IMG/VR virus record: IMGVR_UViG_3300018080_000003
Span: 1-64,000 of that record
Reading direction: 5' to 3' (one strand)
DNA: 64,000 nucleotides
Source of the DNA: a virus
Shown: piece after piece, positions 28,919 to 37,560 of the stretch
Layout: each line of letters starts with the position of its first letter
Position numbering within the stretch: position 1 is the first letter of the stretch
Made by a program: the position numbers and the translations under genes
The notes under the pieces: generated by a model
The model's database searches: none
The model's input: the letters and a program-made list of their open reading frames with translations, nothing else
What the model was told of the DNA's origin: nothing

Positions 28919-30393
28919 CAGGTGTCCTCCAGGTTGACTTTGATGCCGAGTTTTTTGTAGATGCGCCGCCGTGCGTCCCAGCGGTTCTTGAGGATGTCGC
29001 TCCACTTGGTCTCGACGTAGTTGCCATCCTCGTCAAAAACGCGCGTTCCGGCGCGCACCTCGTCGTCTACGTAGTCGTAGAGCCGAGGCATCTTGCCTTC
29101 GAAGGGTCGCATGATCCGTCCTGCGCGCTGTTCGAGGCGTCCACCTGCTCTTTCCGGGAAGCTGAGGTGGATGGCGCCTAGGGCGGGCACGTCGACCCCC
29201 TCGTCGAAGATGGGCATCGCGACGACGAGCTTCTCTTCGCCCTTCCGCATGCGCTCGATGGTGTCCTCGCGAACCTTCTGAGTCGACCACCCACCCAGCA
29301 CGGGAACCTCTATTCCTTGCGCTTTCAGCTCCTTGGCGAGGAGCTTTGCGTGGTTCTTCCGGCTCGTCATGATGATGGTGACGAGGCCGTCTTTCATGTC
29401 CTGGATGGCGTTCCGAACGATGAGCTGGTTGCGCTCTTTGCTCTTGTAGACGGCGCGAGCGATGGCCTCGTTCTTCTTCTTGTCGTCGCCGGTGTACTCG
29501 AACTGGAGCCCGGTTCGGATCGCAGTCAGCTCGGGGAGGGTGAGAAAATTGCGTTCGACGAGCTGCTCGACCGTGCGAATGGAGAGCGTGGAGCCGAAGG
29601 CCCAGTACATGAGTTCCGTGAGCCCGTCTTCGCGCTTGGGTGTGGCGGTGAGCCCCAGGCGGTAGTAGGCAGGGATGTAGTCGAGCACATGGCTGAAGGT
29701 CCGGGCTGGAGCATGGTGGCACTCGTCAAGGATGCAGAGGCCGTAGCCCGCCAAGATCTGAACCGTGGCGTTGTGGTCGTCTTCCAGCATCCGCCGCAGC
29801 TTGTGGATGCTGATGAGGGTGATGTCGCGCCACTCGGGCTTCTTGCTGCCGCGAACGAAGCCGGCGTCGTAGCCCATCGTCTTCTTGATGGCTTTGATCC
29901 ACTGACGGAGGAGGTCGTCGGTGTGAACGAGGACGATGGTACGCTGCTTCACCTTGGCGATGCAGCCAATGCCGGTGGATGTCTTCCCGCCTCCGCAGGG
30001 GTAGGTGATGACACCTTGAGACACGCGAGCGAAGGCGTTCACGCCTTCCTGCTGGTAGTCGCGAAGAGTGAGCGCCTCCGGATCGATCTCAGGGCAGTCG
30101 TCCCAGGGAGCGAGAGCGCGGTCGTCTCGAACGACTTTTGCGAGGACGCCCAGCTCGCTGAGCGTGCCGCGGACTTCACGGATGGTTCCTCTTGGGAGGA
30201 CGACGTTGCCGTTGGGTCGCTCTCTCACGAGAGAGATGTGCTTCTTGGAGAGGGGATGCTTTATCCCTCTCATCATCTCTGCTCGGTATTCTGGGTTGAC
30301 GTACTGGAACTCGTAGCGAAGGGGGTAGGTCTCCGGCGGTCCGAGGTCTGCGATCTCAATGACCCCTGAGACGCGAACGCGTGCGGTCTTCAC
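28918..30393 (-). CDS. SF2 DExH helicase (UvsW/XPB-like)
   Basis: LRDYQ, PCGGGKT, DECHH, GLTATPKREDG, QRAGRIMR. Confidence 0.9.
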   Translation of the reverse strand: MKTARVRVSGVIEIADLGPPETYPLRYEFQYVNPEYRAEMMRGIKHPLSKKHISLVRERPNGNVVLPRGTIREVRGTLSELGVLAKVVRDDRALAPWDDCPEIDPEALTLRDYQQEGVNAFARVSQGVITYPCGGGKTSTGIGCIAKVKQRTIVLVHTDDLLRQWIKAIKKTMGYDAGFVRGSKKPEWRDITLISIHKLRRMLEDDHNATVQILAGYGLCILDECHHAPARTFSHVLDYIPAYYRLGLTATPKREDGLTELMYWAFGSTLSIRTVEQLVERNFLTLPELTAIRTGLQFEYTGDDKKKNEAIARAVYKSKERNQLIVRNAIQDMKDGLVTIIMTSRKNHAKLLAKELKAQGIEVPVLGGWSTQKVREDTIERMRKGEEKLVVAMPIFDEGVDVPALGAIHLSFPERAGGRLEQRAGRIMRPFEGKMPRLYDYVDDEVRAGTRVFDEDGNYVETKWSDILKNRWDARRRIYKKLGIKVNLEDT

Positions 30394-31157
30394 AAGATGT
30401 CCCAGGTTCTCTCGTTGACGATCTTCCCGCCCTCTAGCACGTAGCGGAGCCAGCAGTAGTCAGCTGCATCTGTGCGCACGAGCTTCATCTTGCCGTTGTC
30501 ACAGGCTGGGCAGATCTGAACGGTGATGCTGGTGGACAGCTTGAGCTTGAGTCCGCATCCGCCATCCTGAGGCCTGCAGGTGAAGCTGTGACAGAAGCTC
30601 GGTCTTCGTGGCAGGATGAGCATCTCTCCGCCGTGCTCTTTGTGCCAGGCCTTTCGCTTCTTGCTGCTCATGAAGCCCATGCGGAGGAGGAAGTTCATCT
30701 CGTCCACTGTGTGCTTGCCTGGTAGGCGCATCTCGTTGAGCCGGATGGCTTGTCGAAGGAAATCTCTTGCTCTCTCAAACGGTGGGTTGGAGATCCAAAA
30801 CTTTGCCCCCATCTTGGTCAGCTTGCCCTTGAAGGTTTCTGTCGGTGGTGACAGGAAGTTTTGGGCCAGCACGCTCGCCTTGGGCGAGCGCTGTCGCGCG
30901 AGCTTTGCTCGCACCTTGTCCAGCTCGACGGCTACGAGCTTGTCTTCGTCGAAGCGTCGGGCTAGCCGATCCAAGATCGCACCGTCCCCGCATCCGACGT
31001 CGATGGCTTGGTCGAAGCGCGAGTTGACTCCGTCGAAGTGGTACTCGCCTTCCAGGTAGTCGAGTAGTGAGTCCGTGACCCATGTAGGCGTCTGGTAGAA
31101 GTCGAGATTCCGACGCAGTTCCGGCTTTGAGGTAGCGCTCAAGTTGTCCCCTTTCAT
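30390..31157 (-). CDS. amino (N6-adenine) DNA methyltransferase
   Basis: DFYQTP, DVGCGDG (SAM motif I), NPPF (motif IV); start at ATG 31157. Confidence 0.85.
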   Translation of the reverse strand: MKGDNLSATSKPELRRNLDFYQTPTWVTDSLLDYLEGEYHFDGVNSRFDQAIDVGCGDGAILDRLARRFDEDKLVAVELDKVRAKLARQRSPKASVLAQNFLSPPTETFKGKLTKMGAKFWISNPPFERARDFLRQAIRLNEMRLPGKHTVDEMNFLLRMGFMSSKKRKAWHKEHGGEMLILPRRPSFCHSFTCRPQDGGCGLKLKLSTSITVQICPACDNGKMKLVRTDAADYCWLRYVLEGGKIVNERTWDIL

Positions 31158-31216
31158 GTTGTAGAGAAGCACAGGCGCCCTCGGGCGCCCATGCTCACAC
31201 GATCACCAAGCGCCCT

Positions 31217-31987
31217 TCAGGTCGCAAACGGGTCGTCAGCTGCGGGCTTTTCAGCAGCCCCGCCGCTTTGGACGCCGTAGCCCTGGACGAAGTTGAAGGC
31301 TTCATCCATGCGGTCTTGGCTGACGTCGCGGATGACGCTGACCTCGAACTTGGCGAAGAACTCTTCGAGGAAGCTGGGGTGCTTTTGGTAGGTGTCTTTG
31401 CAGAGAGCGATCAGCTCGTTGAGCCTCTCTGCCTTGACGCCGCTTGGGGTTCGCATCTCTTGCTGACGGTCGCCGTCGGAGCCGCCCGAGTTACTGTTGC
31501 CGTTGGCCTCTTCTTCGAGGTTGTATAGCTCCAGCTTGGCCATCTCCTCCTTCTCGTCGTCGGTCATCTGACGGACGGGAGTGAGGCTGTAGGTGGTGCC
31601 GGTGTCGCGGGCCTTGCCCTTTCGCTTGACTTTGTACCACCACTTGGAGCCGTCAGCTTCCAGCTCCTCGGTGGTCTCGGTCCAGGTGCTGAAGAACTTT
31701 GTGCGTTGTTTGAAGACGCGGACCTTCTTGGTTTCCATGTCCCAGATGTTCCAGCGGACGGCGATGCTGGGTCGCGCGGTCTTTTCGGGGCCGTGCTTTT
31801 CCTCGTCGTACTCTTCGGAGCGGTTGGTGCTTTCGTTCCAGACCTCGTAGGTCGTGTAGCACTCGCCGAGGAAGGCACACTTGACCATGTCTCCATCGTC
31901 GGTGAGCTTGACGTATTTGCCGCCGCCGGAGTTCTTACGCTGTCGTTCTTGAAGTTCTTTTGCCTTGTTGGTTCCGTAGAATCCCAT
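31217..31987 (-). CDS. single-stranded DNA-binding protein (phage type)
   Basis: Aromatic beta-rich core (VKRKGKARDTGTTYSL), acidic tail DDPFAT, replication context. Confidence 0.65.
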   Translation of the reverse strand: MGFYGTNKAKELQERQRKNSGGGKYVKLTDDGDMVKCAFLGECYTTYEVWNESTNRSEEYDEEKHGPEKTARPSIAVRWNIWDMETKKVRVFKQRTKFFSTWTETTEELEADGSKWWYKVKRKGKARDTGTTYSLTPVRQMTDDEKEEMAKLELYNLEEEANGNSNSGGSDGDRQQEMRTPSGVKAERLNELIALCKDTYQKHPSFLEEFFAKFEVSVIRDVSQDRMDEAFNFVQGYGVQSGGAAEKPAADDPFAT

Positions 31988-32001
31988 ATTCGTTGTCCCT
32001 T

Positions 32002-32220
32002 TCAGTCGTCTTGAAGCTTCTTCTCTTGTCTCTTGATTTTGCGCGCGAGCGCTTCGAGTCCGAGGGACATTGCGTTTCTGGCCACGGTCTCGATGGCAGG
32101 AGCATCGACGCCTTCAGGAGTGAGCTTCATGAGCCGCTCTCTGAGTTCGTAGATGCTTCCCCAGTGTTCTTGGGTGAGACTGAGAAGGCGCCTTTTCTTA
32201 GGTGAAGGTGTCTTGCTCAC
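32002..32220 (-). CDS. small putative DNA-binding regulator (RHH-like)
   Basis: Probable GTG start at 32220; basic strand followed by two helices; first gene of the replication operon. Confidence 0.5.
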   Translation of the reverse strand: MSKTPSPKKRRLLSLTQEHWGSIYELRERLMKLTPEGVDAPAIETVARNAMSLGLEALARKIKRQEKKLQDD

Positions 32221-32271
32221 GTTACCGACGTTACTTCCGTCACGTTTTGAACGCAAGGGCCAAGTGCGCCT

Positions 32272-32286
32272 GGTAGAAATTCTACG
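32272..32286. promoter_or_regulatory. palindromic operator (copy 2)
   Basis: GGTAGAAATTCTACG at the main strand-switch point. Confidence 0.65.
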
Positions 32287-32308
32287 CTCGTTGTAGACTA
32301 CCGGGGCT

Positions 32309-32983
32309 ATGCGTTCGCTCCTGAAAGACCTCCGCTACCATGCTGCTCGTCGCCTGACTCTCTTTCTGGAGGGGGAAGAGGCGGAGCGTGATGACGCTGC
32401 GTGGGCGAAGATGCACGAGGAGGAGCTTCGTGCTGTGGAGGCCGAGTCTCAGGCTATCGATGGCCAGCTGGTTCCTCGTGGTGAGGATGATGAGCCAGAG
32501 TGGACGGAAGAGCAAGTGAGGGCTTTCGAGAAGGCCCTAGACGCTTCTGATCGAGCCTTGGATGACATTGGGGAGAAGCTGTTGGCTTTTGAGCAGGAGA
32601 AGAGGTACACGGAGGCGGAGTTTCAGGCGGCGGTCAAGGACCTGAAGCGTAAGAACTCCGAGTACTTCGATGTGATCCGCTCTTTGGAGCGGGAACGGGA
32701 CGACTGGCAGAAGCGGTTTCAGGTACATGTGAGCGGCCATCTGACGGCGCAGTCGATGTACGAAAGGGATTTGGTTCGCTCTCGGCAGGTAGGGGCGACG
32801 CTGCTCAATAAGTTCAACGAGTACCGTGTTGAGAAGGGGGACGCTCCGATTGAGTTGCAGCGTCTCTCGGATATTCTGCCTGTGGATGGTGAGCCTGTGG
32901 GTACTTTCAAGAAGCAGGTAGACGAGCACATCTCGCTCCTTCGGAGTCTGGATGAAGCGTTCAAGGCGTCTAGTCCCGAGTGA
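32309..32983 (+). CDS. coiled-coil hypothetical protein
   Basis: 224 aa, helical; first gene of the plus-strand arm. Confidence 0.7.
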   Translation: MRSLLKDLRYHAARRLTLFLEGEEAERDDAAWAKMHEEELRAVEAESQAIDGQLVPRGEDDEPEWTEEQVRAFEKALDASDRALDDIGEKLLAFEQEKRYTEAEFQAAVKDLKRKNSEYFDVIRSLERERDDWQKRFQVHVSGHLTAQSMYERDLVRSRQVGATLLNKFNEYRVEKGDAPIELQRLSDILPVDGEPVGTFKKQVDEHISLLRSLDEAFKASSPE

Positions 32984-32999
32984 CGCCGTCGATTTATTC

Positions 33000-33028
33000 T
33001 TGACCCTTCTTACTTCTTTCCATACTCT
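33000..33028 (+). promoter_or_regulatory. sigma70-type promoter of the main structural operon
   Basis: TTGACC-17 nt-TACTCT in a pyrimidine-rich gap. Confidence 0.6.
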
Positions 33029-33106
33029 CATCCCTGAACTCAGGTCAGCTGGTTTCGAACACAGCGCGGTTTGACCCTGGAGTGCCTCGCCGGAGGTGCG
33101 TCCGAA

Positions 33107-35356
33107 GTGTCCCGCACGAAAGCTCTGACCCGACCCATCACTCGCAAGCAAGCGAGGTCGTACAACCGAACCGTCCCAAACGGTCGCGGTGTGACGGCAC
33201 TTGCTGAGGTGAACGGGAAAGGCGCTTACAAGCGGCGCTACCAGGCCACTCGCCGGCTCCTGAAGAACGGCAGCGGGAGTGACCAGATGTACACAGCGGC
33301 CCAAAAGCGCGCGATGAAGAAGATGAGCCCGGCTCAGCGCGCATCTTTCAAGAAGATGCTCAAGCGCGCGCCCTCGATCGCAACGCTTGAAAAGAAGCGG
33401 AAGGCCTCGGCGAAGCGCAAGGCCGCTCCCCAGCGGATGAAGTCGAACGGTCGACGAAAGTCGACGACCACGCGCTCAAAGATGACGCCGAACCGGCGCA
33501 AGACGCGCGCTGGGTCCACGGCTCCTCGGAAGTCGGATTTTATCGAGGCGCAGATTTCTCGTGGCCGCACCAAGAAGCAGGCCGAGTCTTCCTGGAAGCT
33601 CGCGCATGGCCGCCACTACAGCAAGACGGCCGCGAAGGGTGCTGCCAAGCGCAAGCGCCGTCGCGTCTACGGCAAGGGCAAGTACAAGGCTGTGAAGGCC
33701 CGGATTGGTCCCAAGAGCCGTTTCACCTACAAATACACCTCCAAGAGCCGGCGCAGCGGCAAGGAGTCCCTGCGGGACATTCCGGACCATGCGCTCCTCG
33801 GGTTCAAGACCCGCAAGGCCTATCTGGAGGTCGTCCGCGACATCGGCGAGTGGGGCCTCCCCCCCAAGCGCGCTCGGCGGGCGAAGGCGCTGGAGAAGCG
33901 CCTTGATCGTCTCGCAGCTCGAAGAGAGCGTGCTGCCGAGAGAGCCGCGAAGCGCATCAGGGCGGGTCGCGGCATGTTCACACCGAACGATGGGAGCAGC
34001 GCGCTCTCGTACGAGGAGTTCGAAGACATGAAGATGCGTCGAAACATCAGAAAGAAGTCGACCAAGAAGAAGGCGACTCGCAAGAAGACGACCGCGAAGC
34101 GGACTTCGTCGGCGAAGCGTCGTGCCGCGGCCAAGAAGGCTGCCGCGACCCGGAAGCGCAACGCGGCGAAGCGGAGCGCTGCGGCCAAGAAGGCGGCTCG
34201 GACCCGGAAGCGGAAGGCGACTGCCAAGAAGCGCACCACCAAGCGCACCACCAAGCGCACGACCAAGCGTCGCACCACGCGTCGCGTACGTCGGACTCGT
34301 GTCGGGCCGCGCAGCGCAGCGATGCGTCGTCGCAAGGGCAGCGTGAGCGTGAGCTACGCGGCCAACAAGCCGAAGCGTCGGAAGAAGGCCGCCAAGAAGC
34401 GCACGTACAAGAAGACCATCACGGTCGGTCGTCGTGGGCACAAGGTGCGCATTCGGTACCGCGCGAACCGCATGTTCAAGCGCAACGAGGGCTTCGTCAG
34501 CCAGCTGACCAAGAGCCTCAAGCTTGGCGCCGTGGTTCTCGGTGGCTACCTCACGCATCGCGTTTTGACTCGCGTCATCGACGACAACGTGACCAGCAAG
34601 ATCGGAGCGCTCAACGAGGGCACCCTCGGCAAGTACCGCACCCTCATCTCGGGCGCGGCGACTGCGGCCATCGGTATCCCCGCGGCCATCGCTGGTTCGC
34701 GCGCGGCCAAGATGCCCGATATCGCGGCTCCCATCGCAGGCGGCATGGCTGCCAGCCTCATTCAGTCGCTCATCGTGACCGTCCTGGGCGAGACCGCTCC
34801 TGAGTACGCCGGCTACTTCAGCAACTACGCGAACGCGGGTGGCACGGCCACTCCCGGCGGGGTTCTCGGCAGCTACTACACCCTTCCCCAGGCGGGCATG
34901 GGTTCGTACTACGAGTTCCAGCCCCATCAGATCATGCCGGCTGCCGGCATGGGCCAGCTCACCCAGGCTGCTGCGGGCATGGGCCAGCTCACTCAGGCTG
35001 CTGCGGGCATGGGCTCGCCGATGCTCACCCAGGCTGCTGCGGGCATGGGACAAGCGATGCTGACCCAGGCCGCTGCGGGCACCGGTGAGTACGTGGCTTA
35101 CGCCGCGAACGGCATTGGCGAGTACGAGGAGACTTCGGTTTCCGCGTCTCCCATGATGGTGGACGAGGGCATTCACCCGAACCTGCACAGCGCGGAGCAG
35201 GCTCTCACCGTGGCCGAGGCCGCGGCGGGCGTCGGCGCTGCCGACATCCCCCTCCAGTCGACCGTGGAGCCCACCGTCATCGCTGATCCGATCAGCGATG
35301 CGCCCAGTGGCTCGCGTGCCGGCGTCTTCCAAGGCGGCGACGGCATCTTTGCCTGA
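33107..35356 (+). CDS. histone-like Lys/Arg-rich DNA-condensing core protein with membrane domain and GMG repeats
   Basis: GGAGGT RBS then GTG at 33107; long K/R/A/T-rich region (AAKKAA, KRTT repeats); hydrophobic helices; QAAAGMG repeats; acidic tail. Confidence 0.75.
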   Translation: MSRTKALTRPITRKQARSYNRTVPNGRGVTALAEVNGKGAYKRRYQATRRLLKNGSGSDQMYTAAQKRAMKKMSPAQRASFKKMLKRAPSIATLEKKRKASAKRKAAPQRMKSNGRRKSTTTRSKMTPNRRKTRAGSTAPRKSDFIEAQISRGRTKKQAESSWKLAHGRHYSKTAAKGAAKRKRRRVYGKGKYKAVKARIGPKSRFTYKYTSKSRRSGKESLRDIPDHALLGFKTRKAYLEVVRDIGEWGLPPKRARRAKALEKRLDRLAARRERAAERAAKRIRAGRGMFTPNDGSSALSYEEFEDMKMRRNIRKKSTKKKATRKKTTAKRTSSAKRRAAAKKAAATRKRNAAKRSAAAKKAARTRKRKATAKKRTTKRTTKRTTKRRTTRRVRRTRVGPRSAAMRRRKGSVSVSYAANKPKRRKKAAKKRTYKKTITVGRRGHKVRIRYRANRMFKRNEGFVSQLTKSLKLGAVVLGGYLTHRVLTRVIDDNVTSKIGALNEGTLGKYRTLISGAATAAIGIPAAIAGSRAAKMPDIAAPIAGGMAASLIQSLIVTVLGETAPEYAGYFSNYANAGGTATPGGVLGSYYTLPQAGMGSYYEFQPHQIMPAAGMGQLTQAAAGMGQLTQAAAGMGSPMLTQAAAGMGQAMLTQAAAGTGEYVAYAANGIGEYEETSVSASPMMVDEGIHPNLHSAEQALTVAEAAAGVGAADIPLQSTVEPTVIADPISDAPSGSRAGVFQGGDGIFA
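34940..35086 (+). repeat. tandem 30/36-nt repeats encoding (T)QAAAGMG
   Basis: CAGGCTGCTGCGGGCATGGG-like unit repeated 4-5 times. Confidence 0.9.
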
Positions 35357-35364
35357 GCCCCACC

Positions 35365-35496
35365 GGGGCAGCCTTTCGGGGCTGCCCCATCGTCCAACCC
35401 AACAGATTCCACGGCTGAATTGGTCAGCCGTCGAAACATCAACCACAGAACTGCGGACCGAAGAGGAACCAGGCCTCTATAATCATGGAAGTCCGC
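35365..35496 (+). promoter_or_regulatory. structured 5' leader of the capsid candidate (three hairpins)
   Basis: GGGGCAGCCT-TTCG-GGGCTGCCCC (35365-35388); ACGGCTGA/TCAGCCGT (35411-35431); GCGGAC/GTCCGC enclosing AGAGG/CCTCT (35453-35496). Confidence 0.6.
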
Positions 35497-35512
35497 TAAG
35501 GTATTGAGAAAA

Positions 35513-36268
35513 ATGGCCAAGTTGACCAACGTCCGTGAGCGTGTACATCAGCCCTTCCGGGACTCGCTCATCCGCACCTCCGGCTACAGCGCCGGCTCGC
35601 TCGACGACCGCACCGACCTGTTCACCCAGGCCGGCAAGTCCGACGGTGAGACCAACCTCAAGCAGGGCAGCGTGCTGCCCAGCGACCAGTCGATGGTCGT
35701 CCTCGCGCTTCGCGCCTTCCTCTGGTTCCGCGCTCCGGTCGCCCGTTCGGCCGCGACGCTCGGCGCCAGCACTGGCGTGAACGGTGACTACTTCATCACC
35801 GCTGGCAACGAGGCCGCCGCCGTGAACCTGCTCAACGGCAGCGTTCCCGGCGACTACCACGACGTGCACCGCCTCTACTGGCAGGCCTCGGAGCAGCTGC
35901 TCTGGAGCTTCGGTGCTGGAGACAAGTTCTCCCTCACCAGCATGCCGTCCAGCTACTTCCCCTGGGGTGGTGGTCTGAGCGGCGACGTGGGCGGCGCGAC
36001 CGACCTCGTGCACTGGAACAACGGCACCCCCGACCAGGCTGGCATCCTCCGCCTGGCCCGTGCCGTGCTCATCCCCCCGCGCCAGAACATCCGTACCGCG
36101 GCCACGATCGTCCGTCTCCCCGACGGCGGCAACGGTTCGGTTCCTTTCGGCGTCAACCAGGGCTCGCGCAACATGCTGAGCCTCCAGGACAACCTGAACG
36201 CGGTCGACCTTGTCAACAAGGTCATCGCCTTCTCGTTCGACGGCCTCTTCAGCCGCGACGTCCAGTGA
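35513..36268 (+). CDS. major capsid protein candidate (jelly-roll type)
   Basis: Very strong C/G-ending codon bias; bracketed by a structured leader and a terminator; follows the core protein; beta-rich (QPFRDS...TNLKQGSVLP...VVLALR). The fold assignment is inference. Confidence 0.5.
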   Translation: MAKLTNVRERVHQPFRDSLIRTSGYSAGSLDDRTDLFTQAGKSDGETNLKQGSVLPSDQSMVVLALRAFLWFRAPVARSAATLGASTGVNGDYFITAGNEAAAVNLLNGSVPGDYHDVHRLYWQASEQLLWSFGAGDKFSLTSMPSSYFPWGGGLSGDVGGATDLVHWNNGTPDQAGILRLARAVLIPPRQNIRTAATIVRLPDGGNGSVPFGVNQGSRNMLSLQDNLNAVDLVNKVIAFSFDGLFSRDVQ

Positions 36269-36304
36269 AAACCGGCGGCCTACAGAAGGTCGCCCGGTGA
36301 TTTG

Positions 36305-36345
36305 AGGGCCGGCTCAGCGCGGGGCTGGGTCGGCCCTTTCTTCTT
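36305..36345 (+). terminator. rho-independent terminator
   Basis: AGGGCCGGCTCAGC/GCTGGGTCGGCCCT stem followed by TTCTTCTT. Confidence 0.7.
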
Positions 36346-36407
36346 CCCCGATGAAGATGTCATCCCGAGTTCTGACGCGGCTGCGGGATTGAAAGGAGCG
36401 TCACACA

Positions 36408-37550
36408 ATGGATCCTCGAATCAAAGCAATTCAGCAGCAGGCCTACGAGCAGGGGCTCCTTCAGGGGCAGCAGCAGGCTCGACTGAACGACATGGGTCTT
36501 CAGCAGGCTGCGACCGAGCTTCGCAAGGAGTTCGACGCCAAGATGAACCGGATGGCAGGTGGCCTCCGGAAGCAGATGACGGATCACAGCGCCTCGGTGC
36601 ACGAGAAGCTGGGTCAGATCCAAGCTGCAGCTGACAGCATCTCCATCACCGGCGGCGGAGAGGTCGGCTACAACATGCGGGATGAGGGCAACCTGGTTCG
36701 CCCCGGAAACACCCGCATCGAAGACATTCCAGGTCGGCGTGTTCCCTACGTCTACTCGGTGGACATCTTCATCGAAAACAACACCACGAGCGTTCGTGAG
36801 GCGAGCTTGACGATCAGTCAGGAGGGCCCGTTCGTCGCGGTGAAGCGGATGGCTATCTTTCAGAGTGCCTACGAGTTCCAAGCGACGGACCCAGCTTCGG
36901 GTAACTTGGCTCGCTTCGCAGGCCGTTCGTACGGCCGGTACCGTCCGATTCACTCGGCCTGGGACCTTTTGGATGCGCAAAGCAACGCCGTGACGGACAG
37001 CAACGGTTGGTGGGTTCAGCAGAAGGCTGAAGCGGCTTCAGCTGGCGTGGGCAACCCGGTTGCAACGGCTGCGCTGAGCCTTCCGAGCAACAGCAGCAGC
37101 TTCCGCACGATGGAGTTCGATGGTCGCATCGAGGTCATCAACGCGGGCAGCAGCTACCCGCGCCAGAACAAGGAGATCCCTTCGGCGTTCTGGAGCAGCT
37201 CGATCAACTCTCCTTGGGACCTCGGTGCCCTGGACTTCTTCGAGCGTGGCGAGGTTGTCACCTTCAAGGTGAATCCGACGCACGTGAACAATCCGCCCGC
37301 GGGGAACATCCAGAGCGACTGCGTTCTTCCGAATACCTTCAACGGTGGCGATGGCTGGCCCTTCTTGGAAGGCCAGTACGACCTTCACGAAGGCATCTGC
37401 ACCCCTGAGGGCGCGACCATCGGCGAGTTGGCCGCTCCTCAGCGTGTGAACGTGGTCGCAACGGACCCCATCCAGCGCCTTCCGGATGGTATCCTCACGT
37501 TGGCCTTCGAGGGCTATCGGATCATCCAGCCCATCGGTCCGGCCGCCTGA
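36408..37550 (+). CDS. second capsid-like protein with N-terminal coiled coil
   Basis: AAGGAG RBS; beta-rich body (PYVYSVDI...LTISQEGPFVAV...LAFEGYRI). Confidence 0.5.
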   Translation: MDPRIKAIQQQAYEQGLLQGQQQARLNDMGLQQAATELRKEFDAKMNRMAGGLRKQMTDHSASVHEKLGQIQAAADSISITGGGEVGYNMRDEGNLVRPGNTRIEDIPGRRVPYVYSVDIFIENNTTSVREASLTISQEGPFVAVKRMAIFQSAYEFQATDPASGNLARFAGRSYGRYRPIHSAWDLLDAQSNAVTDSNGWWVQQKAEAASAGVGNPVATAALSLPSNSSSFRTMEFDGRIEVINAGSSYPRQNKEIPSAFWSSSINSPWDLGALDFFERGEVVTFKVNPTHVNNPPAGNIQSDCVLPNTFNGGDGWPFLEGQYDLHEGICTPEGATIGELAAPQRVNVVATDPIQRLPDGILTLAFEGYRIIQPIGPAA

Positions 37551-37560
37551 GGAGTGAAGT

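Noticed and set aside
35405-35440. Hammerhead ribozyme (hairpin followed by GAAAC); also GAAAC at 38496
   Set aside because: The CUGANGA core and the GUH cleavage triplet are not in the required positions.
33476-35446. 656-aa antisense ORF (likewise 42670..44265, 24325..25548, 49546..50637)
   Set aside because: Mirror ORFs caused by GC3 bias of the real genes; no motifs or RBS.
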